NCBI GenBank assembly: GCA_973895155.1
Contig: OZ316896.1
Location: 21,086,152 to 21,150,151, forward strand
Direction of reading: 5' to 3'
Length of the DNA stretch: 64,000 nt
DNA from: Marsupella aquatica
Taxonomy: Eukaryota; Plantae; Marchantiophyta
Positions 12,411 to 26,422 of the stretch are shown piece after piece. The notes beneath the pieces were generated by a model, which searched no databases, was not told where the DNA came from, and worked only from the letters and a program-made list of their open reading frames with translations. The translations under genes were made by a program, and so were the position numbers. Within the stretch, counting starts at the first letter, position 1; the number at the start of each line of letters is the position of its first letter.

Positions 12411-15001
12411 TGTCACTTGCCTATCCAACGATTAATACGTGCAAACCATACTTTTCTTCGCTTAAACCGTTGGTATCGTATTACGGGGTCGTGACGGGAC
12501 GCTATTTGGAGGATTTCCACACCTAAGGATGAGTATGTTTGATTCCGCTCCCGGAAGTGTACTTTTTGATCAAGTCTACCGACAGGTCTCTCCGTTTTTG
12601 AGCAAGTCCAAGGGACTGGCCCTACCATCTACAACTCATGCCCATCGGGTGAGTGCTGTCACCACCCCCCTCTCATGGGCAAGCATACAAACGTTTACAA
12701 TAAGATTTGAACACTAGTGACAAGGGCAAATGTTTCCACAACGAAACCGACCACATGCACTAAGGGAGGAAAAAAAAACACAAGCAACAACAAGTGACAC
12801 ACAAAATATTGGAACCTCAAGCCAAATCCATATTTCTTGGTGTTTCCTATAACACATGCAAGGACAACCCGGCCTCCTGCCGTCTGCCCAACTCCTGCCT
12901 CCCGGGGACAAGTGCTACGTTCTCCACCTCACTACTCTGACTTGAACTTCTCCTAATCGGTGCGCTACTCACAAAAGCTACTCAAAAGCATCAAAGCACT
13001 ATGCTGAGTCCTCCCCCCCCCCTCACTACTATGGGGCTTCCCCTTAAATACTGGAAACAAACACACCAAAGCACCCCTCACGGGGTCACAAAGGTGGTGG
13101 CTACCCTAGCGGCGCCGCTAAAACCCTTCACAAAGAAATCCCTAATCCTAAAGCATGCGGCACACACATGCTCCTAAAACCCTAATCTAACTATGGGACC
13201 GATGGTGCCTTTGACGGCGCCCCCCAACATCGCTCTGTAAACCATGAAAATGCAAGGAACCCCACAATTTCCGAAACTAGGTTCCACTCTGATTGCACCC
13301 CTGAGCTCACCCCTGGGTAGCCCTGCTCCTCCTGATCATGAATCACCAAACCGCTCCCGAAATGGACGTCGGACGACCAAGTTATGGTCGTTTTAGTTTC
13401 ACGTACTTACCAACTTCGCCAGACCCTAACTTACTCATCCTGACTCCGTTTGAGGAGCACCGCCTCTTGTTGGAATCAGCTCCGCGAGCTCTTTCCAACA
13501 AGCCCGTGAGTGCCTACTTCCGAAAAGTTTCAAAAGCAAGAGGTCGTACGACCAAGTCCGTACGGATACCCTAGTCCTCCTCCTCACTCACGGTGCCCTG
13601 GCTTCAGCCCCGTGAGTTGGTCTCCTCATCACTCTCATCTGGAGTGAATACCACTCTGCTAAACAAGGACTCACTTGAGTCCACCACCTCCTACCTATCT
13701 ATCTACCCTGCCTACCAGGCTCAATCCTCCTGATTGCCACCACTGGTCCTCCGTAAAAGGAGGGGGCCCCTACAATTGTCGAAACTAAAATTTTCTCAAA
13801 ATTCACTTTTGAAAACATATCTGAGGAGCCCTCCTCTTCCTGATCACTGCTCCGGAAACGGTGCACAAAACGGAGGTCAAATGACCAAGATATGCTTGTT
13901 TAAGTTTTCACGGGGCACCTCCTGTCTCCCTCCGTTTCGTCCGTACAATACCAGGGGGCCCCGGATTTGCAAAACACGAATCACGGGTTCCCCGTATGTG
14001 CTGTTACCTCCTCCTTCCCTTGCAAAGCCGGGACCTCCTGCCGTACGGACGACCGTACGGCCTCAAAACCCCCGTATTCTAAAAAAACGCGATCTGTTGT
14101 ATCTCCCCCGTCTTAGCTCCGTTTCGGCCGTGTGACACATCGTTGGATTCAGCTCGGCGAGTTCTTTCGAACAAGCCCGTAGACTCCTGATTTTGAGATG
14201 GTCGAAAATCTGATGTTCGTACAACTAGGGTCCGTATACACGTTGAAAGCAAGCACAAGAGGGAAAGGGTTTAGGTATGGGTGGAAACCCCACAAGTGAG
14301 AATAGAGAAAAATGGAAGGAAGAAAACGTGAGGGCCCCTTCTACGGATGTGTTCTTCTATGGAGTGCCCCTTCACGGAGTGGGGAAGGGAAAGAGAGCAA
14401 AAACCATGTGAGGACCACATAAAGAGTGAAGGGGAACACAAGTGTGGGAACCTCTTCCTTCTAAGGGCCCTCCCACCATCACCACTCCAAGATTACCTAG
14501 TTTTCTGTTTTACGGGCATTGAGGTCCCTCGAGATGTCACTGTTTGATATAGACCTAAAATCAACTAGAAAACCTCAGTTTTGCATGGGGCTCATTGAGA
14601 GCTTCAAAATGAATCCAAACATGACCATGTTTGGATTAGTACTAGCGCAGAAAAGTCTGTTTTAAGTTTCAATATTTTCTATATTTTGGTTATTCTTTCC
14701 GTTTTGCGCCTTACGTGGAGCCTCCGACCAGCCCCCACCCCTCCAAGATGCCCACACCTTGGCTCCAAGTCCTTGGGCTGCCTTGTGGCCTCCTTGTACC
14801 CCCTCAATGGTTCCCTTGTCATCCATCACCGCCCGGCACCCCTCTCAACTCCGGCCTCCGGTTGTCGCATCCATTTATTAGAACTAACAAAAATATAAAT
14901 TTGAAAATCCAAACACTTTTACTACACATACTTGTCTTTCTACTTATATACGCAATTATAAGTTATCACTAAGTTACTACCGGGTTTGGGGCCTTGTCAC
15001 A
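12411..15001 (-). mobile_element. Solo LTR, family A, copy 1 (2591 bp)
   Basis: Termini TGTCAC...TGTCACA. Flanks GATGG (12406-12410) and TATGG (15002-15006) form a 5-bp TSD with one mismatch. It is colinear and highly similar to the reverse complement of 52065-54413, and has no coding capacity. Confidence 0.85.
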
Positions 15002-18000
15002 TATGGGGAGAAAGTTGTACAATCATATTGAAGGAGAGAGGAGGTCTAGGAAGAGGTATGAGGGCCAGTATATTTCTTAGTGTTTGATGAAGATCACACG
15101 ACTTGCAAATCCTCCATCCCGCATGTACCAAAGGTCAGATAATTATCTATCGTATGTTCACTTGTGAGCCATTAGATCTTGTACAGAATAATACTGACCA
15201 TCAGATCTTGGAAAATAATCTAAAAAAAAATCTCAATAGGCAAAGCATTCCTGAAAATGAAAAAAGAAAAGAAAAAAAAAAAGCATTCCTGAAAATGAAA
15301 GAAAAACCTCTTTGTGGTGATGCAGCGACCAATTTTTTTGGCTGCCAAACTAAAACCATTTGCCAATAGAAATGGGGAGGAAAGTGAAGACTGAGGGAAT
15401 TGTTTTTTGGGGATTTTGGCGGGGAGGGGGGAGGGGGGGAGCTGACACAATGCGGGTGGCAATGAGAACTGGAGAGGGGGCACCCCCAAAAAGAAAAACC
15501 CAGCTCTTTGTTAATTTTCTTTATGTACTACCTCGCTTTGTACTTCTTGGAGTAACATGTGGCTTATGTAAATGTATAACGCTCTTGGATCTTTGGCCTG
15601 TTTCCATAGAAAATAAAATGTGCTGTTTTGTTGGGATATGATATGATGGGAAATAATCATTTTAAGTACTACTACTCTATATATAATTAGATGTCTCTGC
15701 CTATGTGTGACCAAGTGATTGGTCAGAGTCGTTGTTGAACTTAGTCAATAAATGAAAAATTCGGAACCAGACTTACGTACGTTAGTCCCAGAGTCCGGTT
15801 CAGTGTCCAGATGTCCTCTGCCGATGACATGTCCTTGGTCCAGATGTCATCCGCTGTAGATATGTCAGGACCCATGATGCAGGACAAATGGACATTCCTG
15901 ACTCCTGAGTAGTCCAGATGAAGGTGCTAGCCGTCAGCTTTCCATTCCTTGGGATCGTTCAGATAGTTTATGTCAAAAAAATACAAAGGAAAGTACTTAA
16001 ATACTGGGAGTTGTGGTTTAAGAGGACAAGACATTCCCGAGTAACCCAGATGAGTGTGCCAGCCCTCAATTTTCCATTCATTGAGATCTTTCAGATTGTG
16101 TGTGAATATCATAAATACATAGGAAAGGACTTAACCCGGGCTCTTTTGTGTATTTGATGGACCCAAAGATGTGTTCAAGACTTTTCCAGGCCCTTCTAAT
16201 GGATGGTGGTCAAAAATTCAAAAAATACACAATAGTCATTGCCGGGCATCATTATTTTACTCCCGGCACCATAAAACCTACAAATTTGTATTTTGATTTA
16301 AAGTAACTTTAATGTTACATTGGATGTTGAAAAAAAATTGTTTGGACTTGAGATTGTTTGGTATGATCTCTTAACTAAGGTCAAGCTATCTACTTTTGGA
16401 TATCTCCTAGCACTCAATCTTATATCTTAGAACTAATAAAGTGCAATCAAAAACTTATTTAGGGCAGTTAAAGTGAAGTCTCTAGACATGACTCTAAGTA
16501 ATAACTCAAAGTGCACACAGAAAACAAGGATGAGAGCAAAATAGATGGGAAATAATACAGAAAGTGTTTTTGGTTCAAATTTAGTTTGCTCTAGGTACCT
16601 AAATGTCAGCAAAAGCAACATTCACAAGGACTGGCCCATGAACATCCAACGAACAAGTAAATTTTATAGAGAGACATGTGGTTCATCTCAGATGAGGCTA
16701 TGTCCACAAGAACACACAAAATTTTTACTGCATTTCAGGTCGGTAGGCCATACCAAGTCCCCGAAACACAAACTCTCTCTAAAGTATCTCGGGAAGTATC
16801 TCTCAACTGAATACATAACAACGAGCTTCAGTTCTGCTCAATTGAGTTCCTCCTCATAAACAATTAAAACCTGCTTGCGTATATAGTATGCAACACAACT
16901 AACCTAACCAATTCTGCAAGCTAGCAAGCCCAGGCTAGTAAGGTTCGCCTAACTATATTGCAGTCCTAACTCTAGACCTAAGAGTAAATGTCTAACACTA
17001 AAGAAAAATGCATAATTGTAGATTTGCCAGTTTATAAAATACTTACGGGTGTCCAAAACATCCCAACATTTCTCAGCAAGGTGCTTGAACATTAGAGATC
17101 ACAACAAACAATTTTCAACTCAAAACATTGTTTATTGTAGTTTTGTGCTGTTTCGAGAAGTCACAACACCTTATCTAGCATAGGTGGACCCAACTACAAT
17201 TGCCAGAAGGTTATTGTGTTTATTGGGTTTCTGATTGTCAATCGTCTGAAGGGCCTAGTCAAGTTTTGAATCCTCTTTGCTGTCCATCAAGTTTTGGAGA
17301 TGCTGGAGGGGTTTGACAAGGTCATGTCGTGCATAATATTGACATCAACTCAGGCATCCTGCCCAAAATGGTGCATTGTCCATTCACAAACTCACTTTTG
17401 GAGGAAACATTACATGACCACTGGATTTATAATTTCTTTTATTGTAGCCTTTCATTAGTCAAAAGGCAATCTCCCTAACCCAAAGCACACAAGACAAAGT
17501 ATTTGGTCTACCACAAAGATTCTGTAGGAGTGGCATGATAGCATATGATGTATGTGAGTGCCATGTGTTTTCATTGCGATGGAGGCACTTGGGAAACCAT
17601 TATGACTAAACATGGACTAGGAGACATAAACTTCACATGAAGGGAAATCAATGATGGTTCAAAGCAGGGAGAAGAAATTAATGATGCACCAATGGGTCAG
17701 GGGCTTAATATAATACTATAATACCCTCCCATAAGTAAGTACTGTAGGAGGACGGGATGGAGATAGTGGATGAGACAAAGTGGAGCAAAGGAAAGTGAAA
17801 ATAAAGAAAATAATAATAGGCAATAAGAGGGGAAAATTTGGAGAAAGGGGACACCTTTGCCTTTTCTTGGTTGGTTTTTTTTGTTCCAGGAGGGGGGGGG
17901 GGGGGTAAGAGGGGAGAGGCAGCCCAAGAGAAAGGGGGGAGAGGAGGCCATGAGGAGGAAGGGGGATGTCACCATCCACCTAGCATTATGTGAATGGGCC

Positions 18001-18204
18001 TGTCTTGGTTGCCATCACCTATCTTGCGCTCCTGGCTTGCGCTGTCCTTTTATCACTTTTGCAACAATATCTTTTAATGCAATGACATGTTTTTTGCAAC
18101 ATCTTATGTGCACTGGTATTGAACACGACCACAACAATTGCATGGTCAGAATCACATATAACATGTCTCAATAATTACATTGCAATGCCTGTTTTTTCTG
18201 GTCT

Positions 18205-18830
18205 TGCCTTGACATATTTCTCTCATCTCGACATCTTTTTTTGACCTTGATATCTTTATCCCATCACAACATCTCTTCTCTCCTTATATCTTTTCCCAAC
18301 CTCAACATCCTTTTCTCACCTTGATGTCTTTTTCTCAGCGCAATATCTTTTTCTTAGCTTGACATGTTTCTTCTCCTCAATATCTTTTCTCACCTCAACT
18401 TCTTTGCCACTCCTTGACATCTTTTCCTAAAACTCAACATCTTTTTCTCAGCCTGACATCTTTTTCTCAGCTTGACATCTTTTTCTTAGCTTGACACAGT
18501 TTCTCTCCTCCTTATCTTTTCTCACCTCAACTTCTTTTCCACTCCTTGACTGACATCATTTGCTCTCCAGCCTTGACATCTTTTCTCGCCTTGAGATATT
18601 ATGTCTTTTTCACATTGACGACTTTATCTCATTACAACATCTTTTTCTCACCCTTGATATATTTTCTTTCCTGACACCTTTTGCTCACCTCATCATCTCA
18701 TCTGTACATATTTTTCTCACTCCTTGCCATCTTTCCTCAGTCTCCTCAACATATTTTCTCATCTCGACTTCTTTTTCTCACCTTGACATCTTCTTTGACT
18801 TCAAGATCTTTTCCTCACCTTGACATATTC
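18205..18830. repeat. Degenerate ~20-bp minisatellite (consensus ~CTCACCTTGACATCTTTTT), roughly 30 units
   Basis: Recurrent ttctcaccttgacatcttt / ttctcagcttgacatcttt / ctcacctcaacatcttt units. Confidence 0.85.
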
Positions 18831-21800
18831 TCTGCAACGCATCGGCATGAGGCTAGTCATACTATAATAGAGTAAAGTACTGTAAGTCTACCTGTTTTCT
18901 CAAGTTTTATAGGATGCATTGATCACTGATACTGTAACATAATTAAAGTTTTTTCTTTTCAGCTGGGCGTGTCACCTTGTGGAAATGAGAAGATGCTAAG
19001 AATATTTTTTAATATCTAATTTTCCAATATGGAAACTTGACTGTCAGATCCACTAAATCTAAGAATCACCGTGAGATTCTGGCTAGTCAGGATATGTGGC
19101 TAGTTGGGAAACTGGCTAATGGACAACAAAAGACCTGGTGGATTTTTAAAGAAGACCCTTCACAGAGGTAGGATGTAGAAAACTTGTCACTAGAAAAACG
19201 CTGACCAGGGGTGTCTAAGGACCGTACTTTGTCTTTGTATAAAGTTTCTTAAAAGAAGACAATGGAAAAGAAAGGAAGGGATAAGAAGAAATGGGTCAAT
19301 TTACTAAAAAGGCCAAACAAAGTACAATAAAGAATAAACAACAACCTCAAGAGCAAACCCCAGCAACCAAGGAAGAAGGGAATTAAAGTCCAAATAAAAA
19401 TTCATCAGGTGCAATAGCGGGATGATTTAATGGTACACATTTGGTGTTGGACCTCAGTACGCAAGTGGGACATGGATGACTGTACTCTAAAGGGGCAATC
19501 TATGCTGAGGTGTGCTAGTATATAGTGCTAGAGATCTATTATCTAGTCGATGATTGATAGCTCAGCTTTCAGCACACTGACCTCACCAAAATCTGCTGAC
19601 AGAAGTGCGTTATGAAAACCGAGATAAGTGGTCATCCTTTGGAACTAGCTTGTGCGAGAATTTCTCACCTTGCAAACTGACTCTAAAAAACCTGCCGAAA
19701 TGTTAGTGAACAACCACCCCTCTAGTACCCCTTGTTATATTATGTTGACCAGATTTTAAACTTGCTGTCATGATCTACTCTCTAGACAGACATGGGGAGT
19801 CTGGGTACAGCCCTAGGGAGCCCATCCTATGCATACACATGGGTATTTGGGCTGGTCATTTATATTTTGCATACATGTATCCAGTTTAGAGCAATCACAC
19901 AGGTCTCATTGTATCCCGGTAATTGCACATCAAAAAGTGGTGATATATGGTGTGCATTCATTGATTTAAACATTTTATTTGGGTTTGTCAAGGTATGGAA
20001 TGATGTCCTACAAGGATTATTGTCATATTCTGATGTGCAGTTACCAGGTCGGGACAAGTCTAGGGGGTGCCTGGCCTGTGACAACTTTAGTGGGACAGCC
20101 TCAGGGAACCAGGAATTTGATCCCCAAGAGGCCTTGTAAAATTAAAACCCTGGAACCGGTCCTCCAGAAATTGCCTCCCATGCGCTGAAACTGGTGAGTT
20201 TGGGTGTACAGTAGTAGGGTGTCTCAAATACAATGAAGTTTTGTGCGTGACCTTGTCCGGGAGTGTTGTGACCCGGGGCAGCAGGAACGACTTGTCGGGC
20301 ACTGAATGTGGAGCCCATTCGTGACCAAAACTGAGGGCCAACTGCTAAAAGGAGAGGACCCAATTTGAGTATGTTCATAATTTGACTCACCTTATGATTT
20401 TCACACATTGCCATGCCCCCTCTCAAATTTGAGAGCCCTAAAATATCACTGCCCAGCTATACCCAGTTTTGGTGTGCCAGAGTGCATTGTGGGATGCTCC
20501 TGAGGTGAGTTTTTTTTTTCAATATTTGAGACCCCTAGTGTTGCTCGCCCAACCTAGGGACACCTCAATGGCCATGGCTACAATGAAATTGGCAGGATGT
20601 ACTCATGACAAGAAAATTTGTAGAATGCACTCGCAGGGTGGGGCTGTTCCCCCTGGTCCCTGCCAAAGACAAGTTGGGACCGGGGTTGGGACTCCATGAG
20701 CCTTGCCATTCAAATACCACGTCAGGAATAACACACCCATGGGCATGCTCTCACTTTAAGAAGATGAACAGGGGCTGCTCTCAATAAGAGATTTCAATAA
20801 ATTTCAGAATCGTTACTGGGGTCTCTGTTGGGGTCACTGCAGCGATCACTACATAGATAGGTATATCGAGCAATCAAGGAGTAATCAAGAAGTGAAATGT
20901 TTTGCTACCCATCTGATTTATGAGTGTCACAAAGCCAATTCTTGCAGGGGATACATGAAGCATGTTACCAAACACACCGACGAAAAAGTGCAATTGATAG
21001 AGAAATGGTGTGAGCGCAGCACTACCTTTTGGTGAGTGTCTTCTTTGTCTCAGGTGTGGACGTACCTGGCAGTGATGACTTAGGCAGCGCACAGCCGTCA
21101 AATACAGCCAAGGAGAGAGGGAGGGAGTCGTTGGACAACAACTCTGGTGTGACGCTCAATCACTCTTTATCAGGTCTACTTTTCCTGCCTGGACAAGGAT
21201 TCTTCACTAAAAGCAAGGGCGCGCTCATAGTACACTAATCCTTTGGGATCCTGTCTGGTCCGTTTTTGTTCTTTTATATATATAGCACACTAAAACCTTG
21301 TTTGGCCCATTTTGTTATATGGCAGTGTGATATATATGCTACACGAAAACGATTGCCCGAATTACTAGTTTAGACTTTTAACAATAGGGGCTTTTGCAAC
21401 TTGTTTTAACAAGCACCAGAAAACTAGTTCGATTTTGACCGAGTCTTTTGGGATGCTTGTACCTTGGTATCTTGCTTCGAAACGACTTGTTGAATTACAG
21501 TAGTTGCTTTTTCACCCGGTCTTTATAAGATGTCATAGTTACATTTGTCTCTTACATTTTAGCAAGTGTCCATCCCAACAAACAAACAGTGTTGCCGAAA
21601 ACTTAGGAAGGAAACTTTTTTGATTTTAGCGTCATTTTGTATGGAGCAATTTAGAGAGCATCAAACCAACCAGGTGTGATCATACACTGATTTCATGGCG
21701 TGGTAAAGACGGTCTACGAAACCGTTAAACGACTTGCTAAATGTTCCTAGAAACCAAAACATGAAACTGCAGGTTGGTCGTTTCACAGGCCCACTCGACT

Positions 21801-24685
21801 ATGTTTTCTTTCATTGGCTGCTGTACTACATTTTATAGTGCCCAAAACCTCAGCCATCAAAACCCTACTCTACTTCGTTTACGGTATTTGTCATGGAAGG
21901 AAAAGTAGCTGTGAGGAGTCTCTATATCCCAGAACTCGCTCAAGACCTCAACTAACTACGATAGTTCCGAGTTCAGTTTTGGTGTGTTGAAGTTAACCTC
22001 AGTGCTCCAAAATTATTTCCAAGAACGCCAGAATCATTGCAGAATCTAGTCAAGATCGCCTATTTGCACGATGGTGGAATTGGCATAATATGACATTTGA
22101 ACGTCTCTCAGAAAATCAAATGCCACCAGTTAATGTTGTTGTGTAAGTTTAGTCTTGAGAGCGGAGAGAGATGAACATTTTCTTTTAGAGCTTGTTTCAA
22201 AACTTCCGACGTAGGCGAAGTTCTGGAAACCGACTTATATCAATATATACTTCTTCACCTTCCAAAATCGTAGGTGAATGAACCCTGTGGTGTACATTTT
22301 CCCCGTTTGACTTCCCAACTTCCGGTTGTTCCTCGGATACATGACATCCAGGGAGCCCTGTATGGGAGACGATGGGTTACTTACCCATCCACCTATGGAG
22401 ATCAAGAGACATAAAGTAGATTGAACTGAGAAATAAAGAGATGCTTCTTTATGATACTCCAAATGCATCCATTCAGTAACCGAGATGTATTCCGTGAGTA
22501 AGGTATGCTGCGTCTGCAAGTAGTAATTATTCAAAAATGCCCATCATTCTAGTTTGTTAAGTTTGAGTCTCGTCGATTAGGTCCCTGCATTGGAAATTTA
22601 TAGGAATAACTGGAGCCGTCGAAGCCAACCTTTCAGCTTTCGGCATAAAAACAGAGCTCTGGCAGTGATGGCGGTCAAGCCATCACTGAACACCACTACA
22701 ATAGAACATGGAATATCTACCTGGAAAGTTTCATTCCTTCACATTGCCATGGCACTGATGAATAGAACTCCACTGCTCGCGCTAGTGAACCGGGTAATCA
22801 ATGCTTGACACTATCTCAGGCACCGAAGGCATATTGAACTCCTGATGTTGGATCTTAAAAATGTAGGAAACGGTGTATTGTGCTCTCCGCATATGTACAA
22901 TGGTACATGACCTCCGTTTTATTACTAATTAACAAAAGTTCAGCAAAAACCTCCAGAAGCCGAAACTGGGTGAACACACCCAGTCTCATTCCAAGTGGAC
23001 TACTCGCATCCCCGCTGCTTGCCAAGCTAGGGTGTAGCTTCTAACACTGTCCAGATGTGAGCACTAGGTTGTGGGTTTCGTATAAAGTAAGGTGGATGTG
23101 TACACAGAGATTACACATTCTATATACTACAAAATGTGTAATCTCCATAAAATGATTTGTAAGTATCATCCACCTCGCTGAGCGCCAAATTGGCCAGCTT
23201 CTGGTGGCAAGAATCGGATTTCATTCCTGAACAAATAGTGACAAAAAATGACTCTAAAAAGCTGCAGTAGATTTTGACCGTTCCGCTCATGCTCATTTAC
23301 CCAATCTTGAACTCTAGATTTTCTCGCTGCTCCTCCTAACTTCGAATTAAAGGATACATTAAGAGCCACACGAATGGAGTAACACATCTAAGTGACACTT
23401 ACGAACAATGTCCTACGTAGATCGAAACATTGTCACGGATTTTATTCATTATATTACTGAGGATAACTTTACTCCATTCACTTTCTACTCTCGTGTTTTC
23501 AATTCCGCGCATTAGTTTAGCTTCACGGAGCAATTTCGATTACACTCGGCAGGACAAAAGAAACAGGTTTACCTTTGCTTGGTGGAGCACATCTAATTTG
23601 TTATATGATCCTCGACAACAACTTTATTTTTCTGCAGTTGTGTAGCAACAAAAGAACTTGAAACACTTCAGAGTGGGAGGCAAATGCAAGAAATGTATTC
23701 AGGACCACAATTTGACCTCCTGTCCTTCTTGGCTTCAGAAATTGAGCCCGTCTTATAAATGTTCAAGGACTCCCAAATCAAATGATTCCGTGTACTGCGT
23801 TAGCCAGAAAGTGGGGCCAGCCTAACCAGACTAGAAGCAGTGAACACACAAAGCTATAAGCAAACATTCCTCTTTCCACACCAGATTTTGAAGGAAAATG
23901 AGAACTAGAAATCAATTCTCTCGATGGAAAGCTTATTCGCTATTCATACAGCACATCATTTTCAAATATAGTTTTGACCGTACTTCTCTTTCTTCTCTTG
24001 GTAAGGCAACCAACCCCATGATCATGGAATACAGATTGTATCTGCACCAATGACACTTCAAGAAATACCAACAGGCAATAAGTTCTACTGGGCCTTTCAT
24101 AGGCAAAAGAGACTAACCCGACAAAGTCCGGCACGATTGTTTGATTTGTAACCATTACAATTAATTCACTGAATCACAGGAATTTTACTAGCATATAATT
24201 TCGACGTCTGATCCAGGGCTTACTCCTTCAACTCCTTGCTAGGCCTCAGTGAAGAGAAGTTTGCCCAAATACTGAGAGACACGATTGATTCGTAGAATTC
24301 TGGCTGTTCTGTTTCAACCGAGAGGACCACGCTGTGAAACTATGATAAATTGGTCAATCATCCCTGTGCCCACTTACCTCTTCCAATGAAAGGGGTCATT
24401 GTAGAGTGCGAGGACACAAAAATAAAAAAGGCAGAAAAAAGCAAAAGAAATTTAAGACCTTTAGTGCCTCGCTAACAACACTCTCCTCGCTAACAAAAGT
24501 CCTGTTTGCTCGCATTATATAATACCTTCAATGAAAGACATTGTAAAATAGTTTCACACTTGCTCCTCTGCCGCCGGACAACAGCTACTGATCCCACTTT
24601 TTTAAAAGTGCGCATTTCCTCTTCACATGCGGACGGCCCTACGGCTGCTGCTCCTCCTTTCTCTTATGACCTTACCACTACAATT

Positions 24686-24897
24686 AAACCCTAAACCCTA
24701 AACACTCTTTTCAAAACCTTTCTCACTTACCTCTCTCACAGACCGCAAGGACGACTTCACTGATGTATTGCATTTATTCATTCTTTGATCGTTAAAAGCT
24801 CGAAAATGCTCTCTCTCAGACCGCAAGGACGACTTCACTGATGTTTTTCATTCATTCATTCTTTGATCGTTAAAAACTCGAAAACCCTTTCTCACAG
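24686..24897 (+). repeat. Telo-box (AAACCCT)2 followed by a ~78-bp tandem duplication
   Basis: AAACCCTAAACCCTAAA at 24686-24702. The unit CAGACCGCAAGGACGACTTCACTGATGT...TCATTCTTTGATCGTTAAAA.CTCGAAAA starts at ~24739 and again at ~24817. Confidence 0.8.
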
Positions 24898-25304
24898 AAG
24901 CAATAAAACGAGGAGCGGGAACCGAAACTCGTGGAGAGCGATTCAAACCAAAAAATCCCCGGCAATTCGGGCACTCCTTTCTGCCCATTCCCAGGAAACT
25001 CTGCGGTACTGCAGGTGGACTAAATGACAGTGCCAGGCAGCAAGAAAGGAAATCTGGAATTCGGAGACGAGAAATCAGGACAAGTCGTCGATCTGCTTCT
25101 TTTTCTTCGTTCACTCTGGGCATCTCTTTCCTGATTCTTACCTTCTGATTTACCGATTGCATTCCCATCTTTCCTGAGTTCCCACGCATTTCCCTGCAGC
25201 TCCACGCACCTTTCCTGACTTCCCACGCATTAACCGATCCAAAGGGCATATTGAACAATCCCTGTCTTGATTGTTGCTTTGAGCAATCCCACATAAGGGC
25301 AAAC

Positions 25305-26422
25305 TTTCTTTCTTTCTTTCTTTCTTTCTTTTTTTTTCCCAAGAAAAAGCACCCAGGGGGCAAAGATCACCCAGAGAGCACAAGCCGAGGCCAGTGGCGA
25401 CAAACGGCCAAAACAAGCCAGAACCTAGTCCGGCCAAGGATCCTGGAGCATCCTCCTCAGGGTGTCCATATCCAAGTCCCAGCTGCTCATTCCCCTATAG
25501 GGATAATTCTGATCTTTTGTCCATATCCAAGTCCCAGCTGCTCATTCCCCTATAGGGATAATTCTGATCTTTTCTCCTGCTGTCCTAAGTAATCTCAAAT
25601 CTACCAACTTCACTCTGGCTAATAGGCCTACTCCAGATATGGTCAGTCTGGGGGTGTCAGTATCCAAGTCCCATCTACTCATTCCCCTATAGGGATAATT
25701 CTGATCTTTTCTCCTGCTGTCCTGAGTAATCTCAAATCTACCAACTTCACTCTGGCTAATGGGCCTACTCCAGATATGGTCAGTCCACTTCATGTCCCCA
25801 GGGACCTTCACAGGTTTGAGTCTCTCCTGCAATAGGCTATTATGTTGCTGCATCAGCATCATTGTTGGGGTTGAGTGAAAGCGGGTTGTCAGTCTGTTCC
25901 CAAGGTTTAAGAACATTCTGCACCTGTTCAAGAGCTTCCTGAGCGACACAGGTCAATCATAGCTTTCAGGTGAGCTTCAGGTCAATCATATCTTTCAGGT
26001 GAGCTTCAGTGTACCGAAGTGTCACCCATCCGGGTAGACAACCTAAGAAGTGAGAATAAGTGGCAGCATTCCGCTCCTTCCAGATGTTGTTACAAAGTTC
26101 CATCAGGAGAACCAACGGCAGAAGAGCCCTGCATCAACCATTGTATTTCTCTCCACCTCTCTCAAACTTTGCTGCAACTAAAGAAAAGGTGGTCAGTATT
26201 TTCAAATCCCAGTTTGCACCTGGTGCACATTCCATCACAGACCTTCCAATAGCTGCCTCTCCCATTCATGAAGAAGCCATGGTTGATTAGCCGCCAAATG
26301 AAGAACCTGACCTTCCGTAAAGTCCAGCCACCCCACAGGTGCTTCCAGTATAGTCGCCATCGGTCCCATGTGCAATTCTGTCCCCATCTCCTGTTAAGTT
26401 TGGAAACATCTTGTGCAAGGGG
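25305..26422 (-). mobile_element. 5'-truncated L1-type LINE (zf-RVT, 3' UTR, A/GAAA tail)
   Basis: Minus strand encodes WKHLWGGWTLRKVRFFIWRLINHGFF...CTRCKLGFENTDHLFFSC (zf-RVT) and LMELCNNIWKERN. An A9(GAAA)n tail lies at ~25305-25337. A 10-bp TSD AAGGGCAAAC sits at 25295-25304 and 26423-26432. Confidence 0.9.

Noticed and set aside
13734-14972. Short ORFs matching ORFs at 52050-53191
   Set aside because: They lie inside family-A solo LTR copies, their frames are not maintained between copies, and they have no protein motifs.
22385-22392. 8-nt micro-exon (ctccatag|GTGGATGG|gtaagt) on the minus strand
   Set aside because: There are no flanking coding exons, and the donor is equally explained by a longer UTR exon or by chance.
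23107-23145. 13-bp stem hairpin GAGATTACACATT/AATGTGTAATCTC
   Set aside because: Short, AT-rich and isolated, with no TSD or other supporting context.
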